Shown: positions 26,979 to 36,137 of the stretch, piece after piece
How the letters are laid out: each line of letters begins with the position of its first letter
Numbering within the stretch: position 1 is the stretch's first letter
Program-made: the position numbers and the translations under genes
Notes under the pieces: model-generated
The model's database searches: none
What the model was told of the DNA's origin: nothing
The model's input: only the letters and a program-made list of their open reading frames with translations
Origin: a virus
Lineage: Duplodnaviria > Caudoviricetes
IMG/VR virus record: IMGVR_UViG_3300017777_006778
Location: 1-45,590 of that record
Direction: 5' to 3' (one strand)
DNA length: 45,590 nt

Positions 26979-28070
26979 CTACAGCGCGCGAAGCCCCTTG
27001 AGGCCCTGGCGCCGCATGTCCGCAGCCGCCTTGGGGTGCGCTGCGATCCACCTCTGGCGCGCCTCGGGCGAGAGGTCGGCAGGCATCACCGGCTCCTGAT
27101 CGCCCGCGGCGAGACCGGACTTGCCGACGTGCTCGGCGGCCAGCGCACGCGCGGCGTCGGCTGGCGCCCGTGCCAACTTCCGGGTGAGCACCGCCACCTG
27201 GGTTTCCAACGAGGGCTGCGCCGTGCCAGGTGACGTGGCGGGGACTGACGCAGCGCGCGCGGGGAGCGCCGCCTTCGTGCCCGGCTTGCCGCCCTCGGCC
27301 ACCCAGACCCTGTAGGCGCTTGAGAGGCCATCCGCTCCCTTCAACCCCAGGCGGTCGGCAACCACGTAGATCGCCTTCCGCGTCGCAGGCACCTCCATGC
27401 CGGGGTGTTTTTGAACGAACTCGGAGATGCGCACATCCTGCGCGACGCGTGCCTGCTCTTGCCGGTACGGGTCGATGAGCGCCCTGACCGCGGCGCTCGT
27501 CCGAGCGCGCGTACCCTCCTCGATCGATTTGCTCACTGCGGCGCGCAGCTTCGCCGGGTCGTAGAGGTCGTCGTCGGAGAGATCGTCGATCGCCAACCTT
27601 TCCGGCATGGGCAAGTGGGCTTCCCAATCTTCGCTCTCTCCGAGCAGCACACGCAGCGGCGCATGACCCGTCGCCGACACCGCGTGCGCCAGCGTGCGCC
27701 CCGCATCATCCCCACCAGCCATCGGCCCTGGGGCTATGCTGCGTTTCTTCTCGCGTTCGGACAGCGCCCTGCGCTCCTCGGCCAGCGCCTGGGTCTTGCG
27801 CGTGTAGTCGGCCTGGAGCGCCTTGGCCTGCTTGCGCGCAGGCTCCGGCATCGCCGCGAGTTCTTCCGGCGTCACCCGGAAGTCGCCCGCCGCGGTGAGT
27901 GGATCCTCGACATCCGCTGCCGCGGCCGGATCCTCCCCCTCCAGTGCAGGCTCGTCCACCTCCACGACGGCGACCTCAACGACGGGCGCCTCCGCCGCCG
28001 GCTCGGCCGGGGCGACGACAATGATCTGCGGTTCGTCGGAGGGAAGCTTGAAGTCGCGGAGAGAGGCCAT
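26979..28070 (-). CDS. Capsid scaffolding protein
   Basis: Acidic N-terminus, KALQADYTRKTQALAEERR scaffold motif, position immediately before the capsid gene. Confidence 0.85.
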   Translation of the reverse strand: MASLRDFKLPSDEPQIIVVAPAEPAAEAPVVEVAVVEVDEPALEGEDPAAAADVEDPLTAAGDFRVTPEELAAMPEPARKQAKALQADYTRKTQALAEERRALSEREKKRSIAPGPMAGGDDAGRTLAHAVSATGHAPLRVLLGESEDWEAHLPMPERLAIDDLSDDDLYDPAKLRAAVSKSIEEGTRARTSAAVRALIDPYRQEQARVAQDVRISEFVQKHPGMEVPATRKAIYVVADRLGLKGADGLSSAYRVWVAEGGKPGTKAALPARAASVPATSPGTAQPSLETQVAVLTRKLARAPADAARALAAEHVGKSGLAAGDQEPVMPADLSPEARQRWIAAHPKAAADMRRQGLKGLRAL

Positions 28071-28073
28071 CGG

Positions 28074-28790
28074 CTACACCATGGGCTGGTAGTTGTCGCC
28101 GCCCGGCATGGGCGGCTGGGGGGGCATGGGCGCGCCGGAGGGGGCGCCCCCGGAAACCATCGACGGGTCAACCTCGCCGACGGGCTTGCCGAGCGCCTCC
28201 TTGAGGGCCGGGTCGCTCGCCATCATGCGGAGCTTGTCCGTCATCTCCTTCACGCCCTCGGGGCTCGAGCCGAGTGCCACGGGGTCGAAGGTGAGGCTGG
28301 CGAACTGGCCGCCCGGGTCCTGCTGGGCGACGGCCGCCATGAGGATCACGGTGAGTCCGAAGACGTTGGCGGGGAGCGGCTTGTTCCACTCGCTCGCCTG
28401 CTCGGGGAGCTCGGCGGTGACCGGCGGTACCTGCCCGTTGGCCAGCACGCCGACGGCCTCGTTGACCGCGTCAGTCCACGCCTTGACGTCGGTCATGGGG
28501 ATCGGCGTGGTGGGTTGCGGCGCGGTCGCGCCGGCGGACATGAGCTCGGAGTCGCCGAGCGCCTCGTCCGTTTCGGTAACGCCCTCCTCGGCCTCCATGC
28601 GCTCGTGCTCGTCTTCGGCCATGGGCGAGGAGCCCTTCATGTGCGGGGTCTTGCCCTTCGGCTTCGGCGACTCCTTGGCGGGCGGACCGGAGGCCTCGGC
28701 CTTCTTCTCGTCGTCGGCCTTCTTGCCGAACGGCGGGGCCTTGCCCTTCTCGTCGGCCTTGTCCTTCGCCTTCATTTCCTTGATGTTCAC
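28074..28790 (-). CDS. Hypothetical head-morphogenesis-region protein
   Basis: 238 aa, strong GC3, AGGAG RBS before GTG. Confidence 0.75.
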   Translation of the reverse strand: MNIKEMKAKDKADEKGKAPPFGKKADDEKKAEASGPPAKESPKPKGKTPHMKGSSPMAEDEHERMEAEEGVTETDEALGDSELMSAGATAPQPTTPIPMTDVKAWTDAVNEAVGVLANGQVPPVTAELPEQASEWNKPLPANVFGLTVILMAAVAQQDPGGQFASLTFDPVALGSSPEGVKEMTDKLRMMASDPALKEALGKPVGEVDPSMVSGGAPSGAPMPPQPPMPGGDNYQPMV

Positions 28791-28842
28791 GCGCGCTCCT
28801 GGGTGCTCGCCATCATACTCCGCGTGCCCGCATCGGGACGCG

Positions 28843-29535
28843 TCATACCTTCACGCCGCGGAGCCGGTTCGGCTTCTGCGCCTTGGTCTTCACCTGGAAC
28901 GCCTTGGGCGGCTCCTTCTTGAGCACCGAGTCGTAGACGCCCTTGTCGCGGGCCTCGCGATACTCGCGGTACTCGGGAGCGTGCTCGATGCGGTCGTAGT
29001 ATTCGGCGGCCGTCGCCTCATCCTTCGCTACGTCGGCCTCGATCGCGGACATGAGGCGGTCTTCGTCCCAGTCGCCATCGATCGCGATCAGGCCCCGCTC
29101 TTTGCACACCTGCCGGCGGTGCGCGGCGCTGGTGAGCACAAGGCCCAGGCCCTTGTCGTAGCGAGGCCAGGAGCCAGGCGCCTCCGTGCCAGCGATGCCA
29201 AGCATCTCGCGGCCCGGCTTCCCGCACCTTGGGCACGGCGGCGCAACCTCGTCCGCCAGGAGCGCCTCGAAGTAGCGATGCTTGCACGCCGTGCACTCGA
29301 TGTCCGGGCAGCGGATGTCGTGCGTGGCGCCCCTCACGTTGACGATGAACGGCTCCGCCGACGGCTTCTGCGCCATGGTGCCGCCCATCGTCGGCGCGGG
29401 TGCACCGAGCGTGAACTGGGCATCCGCCCCGCACGTCTTGCACGGAACCGTCGATGGACGTTCACCGCCGCTGACGCGGTGAAGGTGGTCCGTGACGTGC
29501 TGGTCAACCGGGCATTTGTAGGCGAAGATTGGCAT
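28843..29535 (-). CDS. Double zinc-ribbon protein (FmdB-like N-terminus)
   Basis: MPIFAYKCPVDQH...PCKTCG and second ECTACKH...PCPRCG; start ATG 29535. Confidence 0.8.
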   Translation of the reverse strand: MPIFAYKCPVDQHVTDHLHRVSGGERPSTVPCKTCGADAQFTLGAPAPTMGGTMAQKPSAEPFIVNVRGATHDIRCPDIECTACKHRYFEALLADEVAPPCPRCGKPGREMLGIAGTEAPGSWPRYDKGLGLVLTSAAHRRQVCKERGLIAIDGDWDEDRLMSAIEADVAKDEATAAEYYDRIEHAPEYREYREARDKGVYDSVLKKEPPKAFQVKTKAQKPNRLRGVKV

Positions 29536-29568
29536 TATGGTGTCCCTGTGGTAGCACACCCGCTCGCG

Positions 29569-31545
29569 CTACGCCACCACGACCTCGGCGCCGCCCTCGT
29601 TCGGCAGGCCCCCGCCCATGCTGGTGCCGGGGGGTCCCGGCTGCGGCTGCGGCGTGCCGCGCACGTCCTCCGGGATTGCCATCGCGTTGTCGGGGATCTC
29701 GGCGGTCGGCGAGGAGCCGGCGCCCGGCAGCGCGCTCCCGGCACCAGGCTGTGCCTTGATCTTGGGCAACTCCTGCGCCTTCGTCTTCGACGCCTCCATC
29801 AACCGCATGATGTTGTCAGAGAGGTACTTCTCGTCAAGCCCGTACTTCTCCACCATGTCGTCGAGGAGCATTGCCGAGATCGGGTCGCCCTTTACCACCT
29901 TGTCGATGAGCGCGGTGATGGTCGGCAGGATGGCCAGGAACGTCTGGCGCTCTCGGTCCTCGGCCATCGGCGTGGTAGCGCCCGGCACCACGGTGATGTC
30001 GAAGTTTGCGTCCAGGTCCGCCTCGGTGATCGTGATGGTCTTCCGGCGGTGGAGGAGCGTGATCGGCTTCCCGTCGGCACGGATCTGCGAGATGAACATG
30101 CGCCCGAGCAGGACCACGACCTCCTCCAGCACGAGGTCGCGACACAACCCCATGTGGCCTACCTCGGTCTGCGAGTAGGCGTTCAGCACCTTGACCTCGG
30201 TGGCCGACGTGCCGGTAGCCTCGCCACGGGTAAACGGCGCCTGCGTTGAGCCCTGGGCCAGGTCGTTCTCAATCTCCTGGTCGTAGCGGTAGTTGTCCGC
30301 CGGGATCGTACCCAGGTTGAGCGGCGCCGTCGCCGTGTTAGGCGTGACGCTCCCGTCAGACGCCTTCTCCAGTTCCAGGATTGCGCCGTCCAGACCGCGG
30401 CGGTATGCCTCCTTGGCCTCTTTCCCAAAGGTGCCCTTCATCGCCAACAGTTGACGCGCGTTGCGCTTGACTGCGTTGGACTTGAAGGTGCGGCTCACGT
30501 TGAGCTCGCGGATCTGGTCGTAGACCCGCTCGAGCGCCGAGATGCCGTGCAGCGGCTGCTTGGGCGATCCGGTGAGGACGAGCGGCATGATGGGCGCCAG
30601 CGGTACCCCGTCGGCGTCGGCGTGCGGGAGCGGAAGCACCTTGACCGGCTTGCTGCCGCAGTCGGCGGCATCGGGCAGGTAGACCTCGTAGCGCCCGGAG
30701 ATCGGCGGCTTCGGCGCGCCGTCCGGCTCGCACTCAGGCTCCCAGTTCGCGTTCGGCTTCCCGGTGACGAGGTTGCTCTCCCCCCACTGGTAGTCGTCCA
30801 CGAAGTTGTACATCTCGAAGACGCGGACGAACTTGTCGTCGATGGTCTCGGAGCCGACGCCGGTGCCCTTGGTGCGCGCGCGCAGGCCTTTCGACGCGGA
30901 GAGGTTCTTGTTGGACGAGAGCGGGTCCGGCCGAGTAGAGCCCTGCAAGTCTGGTCGGTTGAACTTCTTGCGCGCGGCGCCAAGCGGCATCCAGTACAGG
31001 TGCCCGACGAAGCGCTGGTCGCCGTAGTCGACCACGTTGTAGTCGGTCACGAGCTCCCAGTACGGCACCACGCGGAGGGCGATGCGGGACATCCCCTTGC
31101 GGCGCGGGTCGTCGAAGGTGCCGAGCTTGAGCCCGGAGCCGTCGTGCATGAGGGCCAGGCGGATCGCCTGGAGGACGCGGCGGGACGTGCGCTTCGCGCG
31201 CAGCCACTGGTTGCACAGCGTCTGAAACTTGAACGCGTCGCCGCGGCCGTCCACGTCGTCCTTGGCGGTGATCCGCACGCGGTCGTTGAACAGCGAGCCG
31301 GCGTAGCCCTCGATGTAGCCGTAGGCGCGGTTGACCTCCACCACGGTCATCCCGTCCTCGGAGGAGTCTTCAAAGCGCGCGTCCGTCTTTTCGCCGCGGC
31401 GGTGCCGCCAGAACTTGCTTTCGTACGCAGCGTCGAACGCTCGGTAGTGCGGCATGCGCTGCGACATCCGGGCTTCAAACTCGGCGAGGAGCGACGGAAC
31501 CGCGGTCTCTGGGAACTCGCGGTAGTATGAACTGTGATCAGGCAC
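29569..31545 (-). CDS. Portal protein
   Basis: About 658 aa directly after TerL; GAGGT RBS before GTG 31545; SATEV motif and DITVVPGATTP typical of P22-like portals. Confidence 0.85.
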   Translation of the reverse strand: MPDHSSYYREFPETAVPSLLAEFEARMSQRMPHYRAFDAAYESKFWRHRRGEKTDARFEDSSEDGMTVVEVNRAYGYIEGYAGSLFNDRVRITAKDDVDGRGDAFKFQTLCNQWLRAKRTSRRVLQAIRLALMHDGSGLKLGTFDDPRRKGMSRIALRVVPYWELVTDYNVVDYGDQRFVGHLYWMPLGAARKKFNRPDLQGSTRPDPLSSNKNLSASKGLRARTKGTGVGSETIDDKFVRVFEMYNFVDDYQWGESNLVTGKPNANWEPECEPDGAPKPPISGRYEVYLPDAADCGSKPVKVLPLPHADADGVPLAPIMPLVLTGSPKQPLHGISALERVYDQIRELNVSRTFKSNAVKRNARQLLAMKGTFGKEAKEAYRRGLDGAILELEKASDGSVTPNTATAPLNLGTIPADNYRYDQEIENDLAQGSTQAPFTRGEATGTSATEVKVLNAYSQTEVGHMGLCRDLVLEEVVVLLGRMFISQIRADGKPITLLHRRKTITITEADLDANFDITVVPGATTPMAEDRERQTFLAILPTITALIDKVVKGDPISAMLLDDMVEKYGLDEKYLSDNIMRLMEASKTKAQELPKIKAQPGAGSALPGAGSSPTAEIPDNAMAIPEDVRGTPQPQPGPPGTSMGGGLPNEGGAEVVVA

Positions 31546-31561
31546 GGGGACCTCAATGTCG

Positions 31562-33085
31562 TCAGAAGGGGAGTGTAGCGCGTAGACGTTGCTGGCCGAG
31601 CCCCATGCGTTCGGAGAGCACCTCGTGAGCCCCCTGCGTTCCGGTAGGGAGGCGCCGCACGGCCCATATCGCCAGGACCCACGCCATCGCGTGGTCATCG
31701 TGCTTGCCCTTCGCGCCCTCGATCTTGCCGGTCTCGGACTCGCGGATGTTGATGAGCTCGTTGACCGTCATCCGGTCGACGAGGAGGAAGTTGCCCTCGC
31801 CGATCACCTGCCGCGCGTGCCCGAAGACAAGCTCCTTCGACTGCCGAGAGGTGTGGAAGCCGGCCTTGCCCTTGTCGCCGTAGAGGTTGGGGTAGTCGAG
31901 TTGCTGCGCGCGGGCGAGCGTGACGAGGCCGGGGCCCATCGCCTCGATGCAGAGCAGCGCCCCGCCGTACATCATCCCGAGCTCGCAGGCGATGTCAGCT
32001 ACGGAGTCGGCGCGCGTCGTGTTGTCCGCCCACACGGCGACCTGGCGGCCGAGGTGGTCCACGACCTGGATGACCGAGTAGTCCTTTCCGACGCCGTGCC
32101 CCGCGTCCACGCCGATAGAGTACCGCTTGCGCGGGTTGTACTTCTCGTAGATGCGCCGCGGGTCTTTGCGCTCCTCGAGTGCGCCTGCGATCTCAAGGAG
32201 CGTGCCGGGAAAGTACGACTCTCCGCCGGAGAGGAACGCTTCCTCCACGGTCGAGGGGTAATACTTGTGGAAGGCGTCGAGCCCGCCACGGATGATCTTG
32301 TCGCGGCGCCATGCGAGCTGCGCGTCGGACACGCCGAGCTGTAGCGCCAGGCGTTCCTCTTCGTCGGTGCGCCTCCAGTCCGAGGCGGGCGTCATCGCAA
32401 ACTGCGTGTGTTCCTGCCACCCGAAGAACAGAAACTCCCAGTTTGCGTCCTTGCGCGCGTTCTGCGCGAGCTCGTGAAAGAAGTCGTCCGGGCCGTTCGA
32501 CGTGCTCTCCACGGTGACTGCGTAGTGTGGTCCCTCGTGGAGGGTAGCCGTCACCGACATGAACACGTCGCGGGGGTTCACGTCGTAGTAGGCGAGCTCG
32601 GTGAAGTGAGCGCGCTGGAACGTGAAGCCCTTGCCGCCGCCCTTGCCGCCGGCCGTCGCGCACTGGAAGACTGCCTTGGTGTCGGCGAACTGGTAGGTAT
32701 TGAGGTTGTCCACCGAGATCGGATGCCGCAGTTGAGACGGCAGGCTCCCGTGGTAGTCGCGGTAGCGAGCCAGGTGCCGCTTCGTCGCGTCACCCTCGTG
32801 CGCCATGACGATCGTGGCGACCGGGTCGATGGCCGCCCACCCGTGGTGGAAGTCGCGCGCCTGCACGATGGTTCCGCAGCCGATGTTGCGCGGCTTCACC
32901 ACGAGGACGTTCCGGCTGCGGTTCAACGCGCGCAGGATCCGCAGTTGCTCCCCGAACGGGCGCGACATCGTCTGGATCTTGCCGTGGTTGTCGGTGAAGC
33001 CGAGCCTGGGGATGAAGCGCGTGTTGTCCACAATCATCGCGCGGTAGTCGGCTTCTGTGATGCCGGGCGGAAGCTCGATGCCCAT
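31562..33085 (-). CDS. terL: Terminase large subunit
   Basis: Walker A-like VVKPRNIGCGT, Walker B AHFTELA, coupling motif VESTSNG, nuclease motifs IGVDAGHGVGKDYS and HDDHAMA. Confidence 0.95.
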   Translation of the reverse strand: MGIELPPGITEADYRAMIVDNTRFIPRLGFTDNHGKIQTMSRPFGEQLRILRALNRSRNVLVVKPRNIGCGTIVQARDFHHGWAAIDPVATIVMAHEGDATKRHLARYRDYHGSLPSQLRHPISVDNLNTYQFADTKAVFQCATAGGKGGGKGFTFQRAHFTELAYYDVNPRDVFMSVTATLHEGPHYAVTVESTSNGPDDFFHELAQNARKDANWEFLFFGWQEHTQFAMTPASDWRRTDEEERLALQLGVSDAQLAWRRDKIIRGGLDAFHKYYPSTVEEAFLSGGESYFPGTLLEIAGALEERKDPRRIYEKYNPRKRYSIGVDAGHGVGKDYSVIQVVDHLGRQVAVWADNTTRADSVADIACELGMMYGGALLCIEAMGPGLVTLARAQQLDYPNLYGDKGKAGFHTSRQSKELVFGHARQVIGEGNFLLVDRMTVNELINIRESETGKIEGAKGKHDDHAMAWVLAIWAVRRLPTGTQGAHEVLSERMGLGQQRLRATLPF

Positions 33086-33712
33086 CTACACCTTGACGAC
33101 GCGAGCAGCGCCCCAGGGGTCATCGGTGATGCTGCCGCTGACCGCCTTGCCCTCGACGACCTTGCGCGCCGGGGTTGATGCGGCGCCGGCGCCGTGCGCC
33201 CACTTCAAGAGGTCGGTCATGCCGCCGCCGCTCTGGTCGCTGTTGTCGCCGATTTTCTTCGTGATCTTGGCGTGCATCTCGAGCGCCTTGGTGTCCTTCC
33301 CCTCCTTCAACTTCCTCGACATCGCCGTCTGGAAGTGGGTCTCCATCATCGCCTCGTCGGACGCGGTCGGCGTCCAGGTGAGGTCGTCGGTGAACCACTT
33401 TACGAACGCCGGTGAAGCGTTCCACTCCGACCACTCGGCGTTCGTGAGTTTCTCGTCGCAACGCTGCATATGCGCCACGCGCCACGTTGGAAACGTGTAC
33501 GATTCTATGCCGACGCACGCCGTCACGGTGTTGAGGAACCGGACCTGCTTGTCGGTGGGACGGAAGGCGTCGGGATCCGTCAATGACGCCGGCATCAACG
33601 GCTCGCCCCGGATTACCGGCACTGTGCGGACTTGCTCGGGCGCGAGGACGCGCACCTGGGCGGGCGGGTCATCCCAGGACATTGACGGGGCGGGCGGGCG
33701 GGGCTCTGGCAT
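33086..33712 (-). CDS. Probable terminase small subunit
   Basis: Abuts TerL; HTH-like EWNASPAFVKWF followed by helical GKDTKALEM segment. Confidence 0.65.
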   Translation of the reverse strand: MPEPRPPAPSMSWDDPPAQVRVLAPEQVRTVPVIRGEPLMPASLTDPDAFRPTDKQVRFLNTVTACVGIESYTFPTWRVAHMQRCDEKLTNAEWSEWNASPAFVKWFTDDLTWTPTASDEAMMETHFQTAMSRKLKEGKDTKALEMHAKITKKIGDNSDQSGGGMTDLLKWAHGAGAASTPARKVVEGKAVSGSITDDPWGAARVVKV

Positions 33713-33723
33713 GGCGATGCGCC

Positions 33724-33735
33724 CAGTGTACCCCG
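33724..33735 (-). promoter_or_regulatory. CGGGGTACACTG promoter-like box upstream of the packaging operon
   Basis: Third copy of the motif, 11 nt from the TerS ATG. Confidence 0.6.
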
Positions 33736-33755
33736 TACGGTGCTACACCTGCACC

Positions 33756-34358
33756 ATGCTTACTCCGACCACGATTGGCGCAATGCTTGACCGCGCGGCT
33801 CAGTTCCGCATCCTCGTGCCAGACCCCATCGACTTCATGTGGCGCTACGTCCAGGAGACGGCGCTTCTCTTCAAGCGCGACGCGCGCCTCGACCGCGGGC
33901 TCGCCATCTACCTCGGGTCGGTCCCGCTAAAGGCGCGGCCGCTGGCCCAGGACGTGTTCGCCGAGTGGCTGGCCGCCTTCGACATGATGACCTGGCGCTA
34001 CTACACGACGCGGTACCATGGGCGCCCGAAGCGGGCGGCGCACCCGCTGGCCCCGCGGCGCGACGCCTACAACCCTGACTACGTGCTGATCACGACGAAG
34101 GTGGCGCGGAGCGGCCCGCTCTCGCTCTGCTACGCCTACGCGCCGTACCATGAGCTCGCCGCACGCAGATTTTCGGTGTGGCTCCACGGCGTGCACGAGC
34201 TCGTCATCCTTGAGGGCCGACTTGCCGAGCCGAACCGGGGGACCATCATTCCGACTTCCCTCGTGGGCGAGGCTGTGGAGGCTTGGGCCGAGTCCGAACT
34301 ACATCCGCAGCCTCCATCCTGTAAAACTTCGCCAAGGCTGGTCGCAACACCTCGATGA
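33756..34358 (+). CDS. Hypothetical protein, divergent from TerS
   Basis: From ATG 33756 the + frame has GC3 bias and a protein-like sequence, and no credible minus-strand gene occupies 33760-34240. Confidence 0.75.
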   Translation: MLTPTTIGAMLDRAAQFRILVPDPIDFMWRYVQETALLFKRDARLDRGLAIYLGSVPLKARPLAQDVFAEWLAAFDMMTWRYYTTRYHGRPKRAAHPLAPRRDAYNPDYVLITTKVARSGPLSLCYAYAPYHELAARRFSVWLHGVHELVILEGRLAEPNRGTIIPTSLVGEAVEAWAESELHPQPPSCKTSPRLVATPR

Positions 34359-34671
34359 TGATCTCCGGCGTCAGGTAGATCATCGCCGCCGGCCAGGCCA
34401 ACTCGGTGAGGTAGTCGGTTGGCGTAGCGCGCGCGCGGAGCGCCTCAAGCATGCCGTTCCGCACGGAGGGCAGCACGCGGTGAAGTTCGTAGAGGAGGGT
34501 GAACGCGATCTGCGCGTTCCGTTCAGACGGCGGCTGGTACGGGCGGGCGGGCCGCTTCCACAACCCCACAACCTTTTTTTCGGGCATGCGCCACCGGGGG
34601 TCTTCCGGGTCGACCTCCTTGGCGTAGCGGTAGCGCCGCTGGCTCCCGTCGTCGGCCACGCCGCGCGCCAC
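34246..34671 (-). CDS. Hypothetical protein
   Basis: 141 aa, GGAG RBS, GC3 bias; 3' end overlaps the + gene. Confidence 0.65.
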   Translation of the reverse strand: MARGVADDGSQRRYRYAKEVDPEDPRWRMPEKKVVGLWKRPARPYQPPSERNAQIAFTLLYELHRVLPSVRNGMLEALRARATPTDYLTELAWPAAMIYLTPEIIIEVLRPALAKFYRMEAADVVRTRPKPPQPRPRGKSE

Positions 34672-34677
34672 GGGCGG

Positions 34678-34932
34678 CTACTCCACGACCAAAGAGTGGC
34701 CTGACGTGACCGCCTGGTAGCCGTGCGAGCACACAGCGCTCTCGCCATGCTCGGTGTCCGGCATCGCGTTCGCACGGAGCTGGCAGTTGCCCACGCTGCC
34801 GTCATCATCGAAGGCGTGCACGGCTACGTCGCCAATGCGGTCAACGACGACGATCGTGTGAGCGGCAGGGCCGCCCGCAGGCTCGAGCGCTGCGGCGGAG
34901 GTAGGTGCGCGGGTCTTGCGGATCTTGCTCAT
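34678..34932 (-). CDS. Hypothetical protein (84 aa)
   Basis: ATGA overlap with the MTase stop, GAGG RBS, MSKIRKTRAP... start. Confidence 0.65.
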   Translation of the reverse strand: MSKIRKTRAPTSAAALEPAGGPAAHTIVVVDRIGDVAVHAFDDDGSVGNCQLRANAMPDTEHGESAVCSHGYQAVTSGHSLVVE

Positions 34933-36134
34933 GGTGTCCTCGGGCGAAGTGCGTGGTCGGCGGCGGCCACGGCGATGGAGAGCATATCCGTGCGCGGCGG
35001 CGCCGCGTCTGCGGCCGCTACAGCGCGCGCGAGCGCTTCGACCACGCGTGGCGCGCAGGCGTTTCCCACTTGGCGGTACTGCGCCGTCTTCGTGCCCTGC
35101 CACGGGTAGTCCTCCGGAAAGTCCTGGAGCACTGCACACTCGGCGATCGTCAATCGACGGATTCCCGCCCCGAGAAACACCGCGTCGCTGGCTCGGTCGG
35201 GTCCGCCGTTGAAGGTATAGCCGCTGGCCGCGGAGGCGCGGGTGCCCTTCTCCTCCTGCGCGGTCACCGTCGGCGACGGCACGTCCAGGTACTTCTTGCG
35301 CGTCGCGGCGTTGGCGCTGAACACGCTCCGCCCGTTCGTGTTCGTACCGCCGCCGAGCACCGATAGGATCTGGTTCCCACCGCCGCCGATCGCCGGACAC
35401 GGATCGTCGAGCGTGACGGGCCGTTCTTGACCGGGATTCGCTGCCGAGTTCCGCTGCGCGTCCAGGCGCGCGTCCAGGCGCGCGTCCAGGCGCAAGGCCT
35501 GCCGGATCGTGCGCCACGGCTTGACCAGCGCGAACAGCCCGCGCGAGGCGGCCGCGTCCCCGTGCGTCGCCTTGGGCCACTCGATGGGCACCGGCCCGCA
35601 GACGATGAAGACACGCTCCCGGTGTTGCGGCACGCCGTAGTCGGCGGCGTCCAGCACGCGGTAGTCGACCACGGCGAACCTCTCGCGGAGTTGCGGGAGG
35701 ACCCAGCGGTGGAAGTAGGCCGCCGGGCACGCCTCGGGCGGGCCGTGCGGGCACCGGCACCCCCCGCGGTGGTGGAGCAGGCCAGGCACGTTCTCGAAGA
35801 TGGCCCAGCGAGGGCCGCGCCCAGTCCAGCGCAGGAAGTCGATCACGTCGAGCGTCCACGGCCACCCGTTGCGCTCGCCCTCCGCGCCCTCGCGCTTCCC
35901 CGCCGTCGACCAGTCCTGGCACGGCGGGGAGGCCCAGAGGAGCCCCACGACGCCAAGCTCCTCGTACATCTCGGAAGCGCGCACGTCGCCGCACCGCGCC
36001 TCGCTACACCCGGCGGCGCAGAGCGTGGCGCACGCGTCCGCGTCCCACTCCACGGCGCGCACCACGGTGTGTCCAGCCGCGCGCAGGCCCAGGTCGGCAC
36101 CGCCGGCCCCGGCAAACAGGTCGAGGACGTCCAC
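34929..36134 (-). CDS. DNA (cytosine-5) methyltransferase, stand-alone
   Basis: LFAGAGG, ASPPCQ, FENVPG, DAADYGVPQHRER, RRLTIAECAVLQDFP, YRQVGNA. Confidence 0.96.
   Translation of the reverse strand: MDVLDLFAGAGGADLGLRAAGHTVVRAVEWDADACATLCAAGCSEARCGDVRASEMYEELGVVGLLWASPPCQDWSTAGKREGAEGERNGWPWTLDVIDFLRWTGRGPRWAIFENVPGLLHHRGGCRCPHGPPEACPAAYFHRWVLPQLRERFAVVDYRVLDAADYGVPQHRERVFIVCGPVPIEWPKATHGDAAASRGLFALVKPWRTIRQALRLDARLDARLDAQRNSAANPGQERPVTLDDPCPAIGGGGNQILSVLGGGTNTNGRSVFSANAATRKKYLDVPSPTVTAQEEKGTRASAASGYTFNGGPDRASDAVFLGAGIRRLTIAECAVLQDFPEDYPWQGTKTAQYRQVGNACAPRVVEALARAVAAADAAPPRTDMLSIAVAAADHALRPRTP
35456..35492. repeat. 12-bp tandem repeat x3 (LDAR) in the MTase variable region
   Basis: gcgcgtccaggc repeated three times. 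Confidence 0.9.
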
Positions 36135-36137
36135 GCG

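Noticed and set aside
22261-30249. Long plus-strand ORFs (918, 505, 718 aa) opposite structural genes
   Set aside because: Antisense shadows; the minus-strand genes carry the motifs, RBSs and coupling.
31546-31698. N-terminal extension of the portal ORF
   Set aside because: Overlaps TerL; RBS supports GTG 31545.
32870-32910. TerL Walker A variant KPRNIGCGT as a sign of inactivation
   Set aside because: Other ATPase and nuclease motifs are intact and the variation is within the range seen in this terminase class.
33057-33755. First 233 codons of the 433-aa plus ORF
   Set aside because: Antisense to TerS; the real gene appears to start at 33756.
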